A stretch of 64,000 nt of DNA from NCBI GenBank assembly GCA_043742785.1, contig JAYTXU010000063.1, forward strand, positions 7,997 through 71,996. Reading direction: 5' to 3'. A model generated the notes under the pieces. It saw only the letters and a list, made by a program, of their open reading frames with translations, ran no database searches and was not told the origin of the DNA. Within the stretch, counting starts at the first letter, position 1. The number at the start of each line of letters is the position of its first letter. This DNA comes from Candidatus Omnitrophota bacterium. Lineage in GTDB: Bacteria; Omnitrophota; Gorgyraeia; Zapsychrales; Fredricksoniimonadaceae. This document shows positions 56,661 to 64,000 of this stretch, piece by piece. The position numbers and the translations under genes are program-made.

Positions 56661-58097
56661 TTAGGTTTTTGGGAAAAAAATGAATGTACTTAGAAAATTT
56701 TTGTAGGAATAGTATTTTAATAGAATATAAAGAATTTTCTTCTGTTCTTCGTTTAATGGTTCACTTGTTGATATAAAGCAAATAAAATCTCTTGATTTCT
56801 CACCCCATGATTGAAAACTTTCCACTGTATTCAATAATTCAATAGGACGGGATGAATAATATTGAAAGTATTTGGCTGTGTAGTCTCCGATAGCACAAAA
56901 ATGTGTTTGTGGTGAGGAAGCTATGCTTTCAGCAAACATAACAGATTCTTTATAGACTCCTGCATGATAATCTTTTGTAAAATATTCGAAATCTGAGTGC
57001 CAGGACCAGATAGTGAGGGCTAGTATAAGACTTAGTAAGAGTATAGAAAAAATTCTTTTAAATTTGGACTGATTTCTTTTAATTATAAATACAATCCCGA
57101 TAGATAATAAAAGAAAAAGGAAAGGTAAAAGATAGGCAAAGAAACGGGTAAAAAGGTAATAAGGCTGAGATAGCCATACAATTAATGGGGATAGGTATAA
57201 GAGGATTAGGTATGTATGCCAGTTTTGTAAGTCTTTATTTTGAGAATTTTTAAAACCAATAAAAATAAGGATAGGCATTAAGAAGCCAAATGGCAGAACG
57301 TAAAGGGCTAGGAGATCAGACAGTAGTTTTATAGGGAAAGAATTAACTAAGTGATGATTATGGTGGTCAGTAATAAGAAAACTTAGTGTGTGAAAGGTAA
57401 TGGGTAGATAAATAAGAGATGATAATAATATTACCAGAGCAATAGATTTCCAGACGTTTTGTAAGTTTATTTTATTGATGGAAGTTTTGTTAAATTGTTT
57501 ACAGGATATCCATAGTAGATGAATTATTTGAATAAGAATGATAGCGAGAAAGAAAACATGGAAGGAGAGGCCGATAACGTTGGTTAAGGTAAGTTTCCAA
57601 TTGATTCTTTTAGAAGGGATATTAAGAGAGTTGAAATAATAACATGTTGATAGAAGGGCAAAGAAAGCAAAAGCAGAATAACCTCTCGCTGAAACACTCC
57701 ACATGATATGGGTTGGAGAAAGCGCAAGAAAGAAAGAGCTAAGCAAAGCAATGGATTTTCCAAAATATTGTCGTGTCCAATACCATAAGAAGAGAATTCC
57801 TCCCATTCCAAAAATCAGAGCTGGAATACGAAGAATCCATTCTGCAACTCCTAAATAGTGATAGAGAGTGTATTCAATGATGGTGTAACCTAAATGATTT
57901 GTTAACCAAAAATTTTTAAAAACATCAAGAAAACTACAGTGATGAATATAGGAGATAACAATAAACATCTCATCAAAGCTTAATCCGCGGCTCATCAGAG
58001 GAATACGTAGGACAAGTCCAATAAGCAAGATCAATAATAGGGAGGTATTATTTATTTGGTTTTTGAAAGACAATAAAAGAGAAGATGTGGTTTTCAA
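56661..58097 (-). CDS. GT-C fold glycosyltransferase (GT39/GT83, PMT/ArnT-like)
   Basis: LSFDE, NH..Y, LRIPALIFG, SP.HI.WS..ARGYS, many TM helices. Confidence 0.75.
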   Translation of the reverse strand: MKTTSSLLLSFKNQINNTSLLLILLIGLVLRIPLMSRGLSFDEMFIVISYIHHCSFLDVFKNFWLTNHLGYTIIEYTLYHYLGVAEWILRIPALIFGMGGILFLWYWTRQYFGKSIALLSSFFLALSPTHIMWSVSARGYSAFAFFALLSTCYYFNSLNIPSKRINWKLTLTNVIGLSFHVFFLAIILIQIIHLLWISCKQFNKTSINKINLQNVWKSIALVILLSSLIYLPITFHTLSFLITDHHNHHLVNSFPIKLLSDLLALYVLPFGFLMPILIFIGFKNSQNKDLQNWHTYLILLYLSPLIVWLSQPYYLFTRFFAYLLPFLFLLLSIGIVFIIKRNQSKFKRIFSILLLSLILALTIWSWHSDFEYFTKDYHAGVYKESVMFAESIASSPQTHFCAIGDYTAKYFQYYSSRPIELLNTVESFQSWGEKSRDFICFISTSEPLNEEQKKILYILLKYYSYKNFLSTFIFFPKT

Positions 58098-58236
58098 GAT
58101 TAAACGTTTAATAGAGTTATTTCTTAAAGAATTTAGTAGTTCAATAATTTCAAAATTAGAGTATATTTAGATGCAAAATAATTTTTTAATCTAACACATC
58201 TACTATTAACCTAAAAGAGAAAAGTTTTTCTTCAAT

Positions 58237-60264
58237 ATGGCTTTTAATTATTCTTTTTTTCATTCAAATTCTCGTTGGTATTATCCCATACGCTGGTCAA
58301 TACTTGTTTTATTAGGTTTAGCCATTTATTATCAGACATTTAGATTTGATTTTGTGTTTGATGATGATTGGTTCATAGTAGATAATCCCTACATTAGACA
58401 ATTTAATCAAATTAACAACTCTTTCATTAGTCTTCCGTTGACTCGAATGTTAGGAGTATATTCTTTTGGATTAAATTATCTGATCAACGGTTTAAATCCA
58501 ATGGGGTATCACATATTCAATGTGATTGTTCATTTCATTGCTACTGGCCTCGTCTGGGGATTAAGCAATTTGCTTTTTAAAATTGTAGGGTGGATGCCTT
58601 TTAGGTTAATCGTAGGTTCTTATCCAAAAAAGAAGGCTAAAGAAGTTTTTGCTTATAAGTTAGAAGGGGCTTCCCGAGAAATACCCTATTTAATAGCTTT
58701 ATTATTTCTAGCTCATCCTTGTCAAACCCAGGCAGTTTCTTATATTACCCAACGATTTGAATCTATAGCTACGGTTTTATATCTAGCAACAGTGTATTGT
58801 TATCTTCTGGCTAGAGTTTCAAATACTGATTTTCGAAAAGTAATATTCTTTATTTTAGCTTTAATATGTGCGGTTTTAGGTGTTTTGACCAAGGAAGTCG
58901 TAGCCACTATACCTGTCACTCTTATAGCTGCTGAATGGATACTTTTTTCAAGAAATAAACAGGGAATTCTATCCAAAGGGAAAGAAGCTTTTAAGAAAGC
59001 CAATCAGGTGTTGATATACATTCTTTTGATCGCAGGAGGTTTTCTTTTTAGCATCTTATTTATGAAATTGGTTCGTACAGGATTGAATATTTTTTTAAGT
59101 ACTGTTGAGTCTGATTCTCATGATGGAGATTTTCTTACACCAGTTAGTTATTTCTTAACACAGATGAGGGTGTTTCTGACCTTTATCCGTTTGCTCATTT
59201 TTCCTGTTCATCAGAATTTAGACTATGACTATCCTATGTCAATAGGTATTTTACAACCGCCATTGACCTTGGTTGGTTTGTTATCGATAGGGTTTATTAT
59301 TTATTTAATTTTTAGGTTTCGTCAAAATTTACCTTTAGTATCCTTTGGTTTAGCTTGGGTATTGATCACTTTCTCAATAAATCTTGCACCTCGCGCCAAT
59401 GTGATATTCGAACATAAATTGTATTTGATCTCATTTGGTTTCTTTTTAGCAATTGTTTCAGCTCTATTTGTTTATATTCGGTCTCGAATGATATTGTTGT
59501 GTTTTATGGCATGCCTTGTTGCAGTATTATCATTGCTTAGTTTTCAGCGTAATCATGTTTGGAGAAATAATGTTACTCTTTGGGAGGATATTATTCAAGA
59601 ATCACCTCATAAGAAGCGTTCTAATATTAATTTAGGTTTAGCCTATATGAGGGTAGGTCGCTATGGTGAGGCTCTTACTGTATTTAATAAGGTTATGAAA
59701 CCAAAGGATTTAAAAAGTTATTCTGCTAGGGGAGAAATTTATTATGAGTTGGGTAAGGATGATCAAGCTTTGGGGGATTTTAATTATGTGCTATCGATGG
59801 ATAGAGATGATTTTGAAGTCTATATTAGAAGAGCTAAGGTTTATAAAAGACAAATGAAATATGAAGTTGCCCTATTAGATTTAGATAGAGCTATTCTTCT
59901 TCAACCTAAGAATGAACGGGCTTATATTGATCGAGGGATATTGTGGATGGCCCAAGGCAGGGAAACAGATGCGATCAAGGATTTTGAAGAAGCGTTAAGA
60001 TTAGATCCAAGTAATTATGGAGCTTTAGTAGATTTGGCTGGGGTTTATATTTTTAAGAAAGAATATGAACGGGCTTTAGAAATCTTGAATAAAGCTCAAG
60101 GGATTAAACCTAATGATTTCAGGGTTTATAAGAATAGGGCTTTTTGTTTTCTTACTATGGGTCAAGTGAAAGAAGCTTTAAAAGATATGGAGACTTCGTT
60201 GCGTTTAAATCCTAACGATGTTCAGATGATGACAAAACATCAGGAGGTTTTACTTTTGAAGTAA
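58237..60264 (+). CDS. TMTC-like (DUF1736 plus TPR) putative protein O-mannosyltransferase
   Basis: FVFDD, YHIFNVIVH, HP.QTQAVSYITQR, TKE, EHKLYL, then several TPR repeats. Confidence 0.8.
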   Translation: MAFNYSFFHSNSRWYYPIRWSILVLLGLAIYYQTFRFDFVFDDDWFIVDNPYIRQFNQINNSFISLPLTRMLGVYSFGLNYLINGLNPMGYHIFNVIVHFIATGLVWGLSNLLFKIVGWMPFRLIVGSYPKKKAKEVFAYKLEGASREIPYLIALLFLAHPCQTQAVSYITQRFESIATVLYLATVYCYLLARVSNTDFRKVIFFILALICAVLGVLTKEVVATIPVTLIAAEWILFSRNKQGILSKGKEAFKKANQVLIYILLIAGGFLFSILFMKLVRTGLNIFLSTVESDSHDGDFLTPVSYFLTQMRVFLTFIRLLIFPVHQNLDYDYPMSIGILQPPLTLVGLLSIGFIIYLIFRFRQNLPLVSFGLAWVLITFSINLAPRANVIFEHKLYLISFGFFLAIVSALFVYIRSRMILLCFMACLVAVLSLLSFQRNHVWRNNVTLWEDIIQESPHKKRSNINLGLAYMRVGRYGEALTVFNKVMKPKDLKSYSARGEIYYELGKDDQALGDFNYVLSMDRDDFEVYIRRAKVYKRQMKYEVALLDLDRAILLQPKNERAYIDRGILWMAQGRETDAIKDFEEALRLDPSNYGALVDLAGVYIFKKEYERALEILNKAQGIKPNDFRVYKNRAFCFLTMGQVKEALKDMETSLRLNPNDVQMMTKHQEVLLLK

Positions 60265-60288
60265 ATTTATATTTTTTAAGTCCCTTTC

Positions 60289-60317
60289 TTGCCTTAAAGC
60301 AAAAACTTTGTTATAGT
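60289..60317 (+). promoter_or_regulatory. Sigma70 promoter of the gcv operon, likely leaderless
   Basis: TTGCCT-17 nt-TATAGT with a TG extension; ATG 7 nt downstream; no Shine-Dalgarno. Confidence 0.65.
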
Positions 60318-60324
60318 TTGCAAC

Positions 60325-61419
60325 ATGTCTTTAGAAATTACCCTACATAATACTCCATTGGAACAAGAACATATCGCCCTTGGCGCCAAGATGGTTGGTT
60401 TTGGCGGATGGAACATGCCCTTACAGTATGAGGGAATTATCGCTGAATGGAGCTATAATCGTAAAACTTGTTCTATTTTTGATTGTTCTCATATGGGGGA
60501 ATTTATCATTCAGGGAGATGCGCGTGAGAGTGGTTTAGATCGAATTGTCACCCAGCGTATTAGTGATATGCCTCTTAAAACTTGCCGCTATGGAGCAATG
60601 CTTAATAAACAAGGCGGTGTTATTGATGATTTGATTGTTTATCGCAAATCTTCTCAAGAATGGATGATCGTGGTTAACGCCTCTAACATAGAGAAGAATG
60701 CAAAACATTTTAGAGAGCAGTTAACAGTCAAAGCTATTTTTAAAGACATTTCATTTGAAACAGCCAAGCTGGATCTACAAGGGCCTCTGTCTCGTGATAT
60801 TCTTAAAACGTTAGTTCCTGATAGCGGTAAGTTAGAGTATTATGCCTTTGATGAATTTATGTTGTTAGGGCAAAAATGTTTGATTAGTCGCACTGGTTAT
60901 ACCGGCGAGTTGGGTTATGAAATTTACTACCCTTGGGAAAAAGCAAAAGAATTGTGGCAGATGATTTTAAAAAATGATAAAGTCAAACCCACTGGGTTGG
61001 GAGTGCGTGATGTTTTGCGCATTGAGATGTGTTATAGCCTCTATGGCCACGAATTAAGTGAAGACATTCATCCTCTGGAAGCTGGTTTAGATCATTTTAT
61101 TGATTTTGAAAAAGAGTTTATCGGTAAAGAAGTTCTTTTAAAACAAAAAGTTCAAGGCATTACTCGTAGAATCAGTTGTTTTATCTCTGATTCCAGGCGT
61201 TCTCCTCGTGCAGGTCATAAAATTATTGATGAAGCAGGACAAATGATAGGTGAGGTTACAAGCGGAACGTTTTCACCGGGTCTGCAGGTGGGAATAGGTC
61301 TTGGATTTTTAAAAACTTTAAGTGTTGGTAAGAATATTTTCTTTGGGGATGAAAAGAATAAAGCAACAGCCAGTATTGTTAAAAGGCCTTTTTATAAAAA
61401 TGGATCTTTAAAGTATTAA
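60325..61419 (+). CDS. gcvT: Glycine cleavage system T protein
   Basis: FGGWNMPLQY, FDCSHMG, DDLIVY, QGP, SRTGYTGELGYE, RD.LR.E. Confidence 0.96.
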   Translation: MSLEITLHNTPLEQEHIALGAKMVGFGGWNMPLQYEGIIAEWSYNRKTCSIFDCSHMGEFIIQGDARESGLDRIVTQRISDMPLKTCRYGAMLNKQGGVIDDLIVYRKSSQEWMIVVNASNIEKNAKHFREQLTVKAIFKDISFETAKLDLQGPLSRDILKTLVPDSGKLEYYAFDEFMLLGQKCLISRTGYTGELGYEIYYPWEKAKELWQMILKNDKVKPTGLGVRDVLRIEMCYSLYGHELSEDIHPLEAGLDHFIDFEKEFIGKEVLLKQKVQGITRRISCFISDSRRSPRAGHKIIDEAGQMIGEVTSGTFSPGLQVGIGLGFLKTLSVGKNIFFGDEKNKATASIVKRPFYKNGSLKY

Positions 61420-61438
61420 TTAAGGGAGTTTACATTTT

Positions 61439-61828
61439 ATGGAAATCATGGATCATTATTTTTACACCAAGGAACATGAATGGATTAATGTGGAAGACAA
61501 TATCGGTACAATGGGTATTACCGAATATGCTCAAAGTGCTTTAGGGGATATTACCTACGTGGAATTGCCTCAAGAGGATCAGGAAGTTGATCAATTTGAA
61601 CAATTTGTTTCGGTCGAGTCAGTGAAGGCAGCTTCGGATATATTTTCTCCTATGTCAGGCAGAGTCATTGAAGTTAATGATAAGCTTGAAGATGATCCAG
61701 CATTAGTTAATAAGCATTGTTACGATAAGGGTTGGATTGCCAAGATTGAGCTTAAAGACATGGAAGAAACAGGCAATTTAATGTCCGCTGATGAGTACCG
61801 CAGTTATTTAGATACCCTTGATCATTAA
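61439..61828 (+). CDS. gcvH: Glycine cleavage system H protein
   Basis: HEW, GITEYAQ..LGD, lipoyl motif VESVKAASD. Confidence 0.97.
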   Translation: MEIMDHYFYTKEHEWINVEDNIGTMGITEYAQSALGDITYVELPQEDQEVDQFEQFVSVESVKAASDIFSPMSGRVIEVNDKLEDDPALVNKHCYDKGWIAKIELKDMEETGNLMSADEYRSYLDTLDH

Positions 61829-61840
61829 GTAGGAACTAAT

Positions 61841-63181
61841 TTGAATCCCTATATTACTAATACTGAATCAGAAATCAAAGAGATGCTTTCTGTGATGGGT
61901 TTGAAGTCTATCGATGAGCTCTTTGCTGATATTAAGCCCCAACATCGTCCTAAATCTTTTGATTTTCCTGAAGGTCTTTCTGAATTTGATTGCATGCATC
62001 GCCTCACGCAGTTGTCCTTAAAAAATAATGTGCATTTAAAGCCTTTTATAGGTGGCGGTTATTACGATCATTATGTTCCTACTGCTGTTAGCGCTCTTAT
62101 TTCTCGAGGGGAATTTTATACGGCTTACACGCCTTATCAGCCTGAATGTGCACAAGGTACATTACAGACTTTATTTGAGTATCAGAGTCATATGTGTGCT
62201 TTGACAGGGATGGAAGTGTCTAATGCTTCTTTGTATGACGGGGGTACAGCCTTGTATGAAGCGATGATGATGGCTATTCGTATTACAGGTAGGGATAAAA
62301 TTATTATTGACGGTGGCGTTAGTCCTATTTACCGCAAGATATTAAGAACTTATACCCATCATTTACATTATCAATTTGAAAAAACTCCTGTTATTCATGG
62401 TCAATCGAGTCGCGAAGAAATATTTAAGCGTTTAAATAAGAACACAGCTGCTGTTATTCTACAAAATCCTAATTTCTTTGGAGCTATTGATGATTTTACG
62501 GACATCATTAAAAAAGCGCATGAGGTAGGAGCGTTGGTGATTATGAGCGTATATCCAATTTCTTTGGGACTTCTTAAAACTCCTGGAGAAATGGGAGCGG
62601 ATATTGTCACCGGTGAAGGGCAGTCATTAGGGTTGTCTTTAAATTTCGGAGGCCCGTATTTAGGTTTTATATGTGCTAAAAAACAATACATACGTAAAAT
62701 GCCAGGTCGTATTGTTGGTCAAACGGTGGATTCAAAAGGCAGGCGTTGTTTTGTGAATACATTGCAAGCTCGTGAACAGCATATCCGTCGAGAGAAGGCT
62801 ACATCAAATATTTGTACTAATGTGTCTTTGTGTGCTTTACAGGCTGCAATTTTTATGTCGATGATTGGTAAGGGAGGTTTGAAGGAAATGGCGCAGTTAA
62901 ACTTAGATAAAGCGGAGTATGCTAAATCTTGTTTAGAAAAGATTAAAGGTGTTGAGGTGAAGCGTTCTTCGCCGACATTTAATGAGTTTACAGTAGTTTT
63001 GCCTAAAGATGCATCAGAAGTTGTAGGGCGAATGATTGAAAAAGGTTTTGCAGCTGGATTTCCTTTAGGGCGTTACTATAAAGGCATGGAGAAATATTTA
63101 TTGGTAGCTGTTACAGAAAAACGTACAAAAGAAGAAATTGATAGTTATTCCAAGTCATTATCTGAGGTTTTATGGAATTAA
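61841..63181 (+). CDS. gcvPA: Glycine dehydrogenase subunit 1
   Basis: YTAYTPYQPE, NASLYDG, FGGP, REQHIRREKATSNIC. Confidence 0.96.
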   Translation: MNPYITNTESEIKEMLSVMGLKSIDELFADIKPQHRPKSFDFPEGLSEFDCMHRLTQLSLKNNVHLKPFIGGGYYDHYVPTAVSALISRGEFYTAYTPYQPECAQGTLQTLFEYQSHMCALTGMEVSNASLYDGGTALYEAMMMAIRITGRDKIIIDGGVSPIYRKILRTYTHHLHYQFEKTPVIHGQSSREEIFKRLNKNTAAVILQNPNFFGAIDDFTDIIKKAHEVGALVIMSVYPISLGLLKTPGEMGADIVTGEGQSLGLSLNFGGPYLGFICAKKQYIRKMPGRIVGQTVDSKGRRCFVNTLQAREQHIRREKATSNICTNVSLCALQAAIFMSMIGKGGLKEMAQLNLDKAEYAKSCLEKIKGVEVKRSSPTFNEFTVVLPKDASEVVGRMIEKGFAAGFPLGRYYKGMEKYLLVAVTEKRTKEEIDSYSKSLSEVLWN

Positions 63182-64000
63182 TCTTCGAAAAATCAGTTAA
63201 AGGTCGCCGGGGTTTTCGTTTTGGAAATTCTGATGTACCAATTAAATCTCAAGTATCTCTTAAGTATGCACGTAAAGAGGAGGCTCTTTTGCCAGAGGTA
63301 TCTGAGTTAGATACAGTGCGTCATTACACCCATTTATCGCAGCAGAATTTCTCCATCGACACTCATTTTTATCCTCTAGGCTCTTGCACGATGAAGTATA
63401 ATCCGAAATTTACGGAAAGCATTGCTCGTTTAGCTGGTTTTGCAGATTTACATCCTCTTTTACCTCAATTAGAAGGAGGGGAAAGTTTAACTCAAGGATC
63501 TTTAGAAGTTCTTTATGAAATTGAACAGTGGATGTGTGAGATGACTGGGTTTAGCGCATTTACATTACAACCCTTAGCAGGCGCGCATGGTGAGTTAACA
63601 GGAATTATGCTTATGGCGGCCTATCATAAATCTAAAGGGAATACCAAAAAGAAATACGTGATTATTCCTGATTCTGCGCATGGAACCAATCCAGCGAGCG
63701 CTGCTGTAGCTGGCTATGAAACAATTTCAATTCCCTCCAATAAAGATGGTGGGATGGATTTAGATGCGCTTAAAGCGGCTATTAATGATGAAGTGGCCGG
63801 TCTTATGATGACTGTTCCTTCAACTTATGGAGTTTTTGAAGCTAATATTGAAGAAATTTCTAAACTGATTCATTCTGTTGATGGAATTATGTATTATGAC
63901 GGGGCTAATCTTAATGCAGTTTTAGGTCGTTGCCGTCCAGGTGACGTGGGTTTTGATGTGATGCATATCAATACACATAAAACTTTTACAACTCCTCATG
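63172..64000 (+). CDS. gcvPB: Glycine dehydrogenase subunit 2, truncated by the window end (not in the ORF track)
   Basis: ATG at 63172: MELIFEKSVKGRRG...LPEVSELDTVRHYT...YPLGSCTMKYNP...QPLAGAHGE...SAHGTNPAS...YYDGANLNA...HKTF. Confidence 0.95.
   Translation, partial: MELIFEKSVKGRRGFRFGNSDVPIKSQVSLKYARKEEALLPEVSELDTVRHYTHLSQQNFSIDTHFYPLGSCTMKYNPKFTESIARLAGFADLHPLLPQLEGGESLTQGSLEVLYEIEQWMCEMTGFSAFTLQPLAGAHGELTGIMLMAAYHKSKGNTKKKYVIIPDSAHGTNPASAAVAGYETISIPSNKDGGMDLDALKAAINDEVAGLMMTVPSTYGVFEANIEEISKLIHSVDGIMYYDGANLNAVLGRCRPGDVGFDVMHINTHKTFTTPH

Noticed and set aside
56508-56693. Plus-strand ORF of 61 aa
   Set aside because: It is the antisense reading of tRNA-Arg.

Overview
AT-rich bacterial chromosome segment, almost all on the + strand. 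The gene content and a giant-protein family suggest Candidatus Omnitrophota (PVC superphylum); this assignment is inferred. Core blocks, in order: ftsK(3' end)-rodZ-rimO-pgsA-pgpA; a riboflavin operon (ribBA-ribH-nusB-PHP-ribD-ribE); tRNA-Pro(CGG)-acyP-ligA-xerD-tRNA nucleotidyltransferase-rbfA-nrnA-truB-ribF; a dcw cluster from mraZ to ftsA that carries an inserted metallopeptidase and lacks murB and ftsZ; tRNA-Arg(UCG) beside two GT-C glycosyltransferases; and gcvT-gcvH-gcvPA-gcvPB(partial). A ~21-kb accessory region (10.7-31.9 kb) lies between ribE and tRNA-Pro. It holds a CsgG/DUF4810/DUF799 lipoprotein operon, duplicated promoter DNA, a pseudogene, a serine protease and a 3987-aa giant protein. 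The main finding is this giant protein. Its C-terminal ~1170 aa are a colinear, motif-complete homolog of eukaryotic FKS1/callose beta-1,3-glucan synthase (GT48). The same polypeptide carries an extracytoplasmic clan GH-A glycoside hydrolase domain and sits downstream of a LacI-type palindrome. Also notable is a 30-bp palindromic repeat found both between genes and in-frame inside murG. All assignments come from motif recognition by eye; no searches were run.
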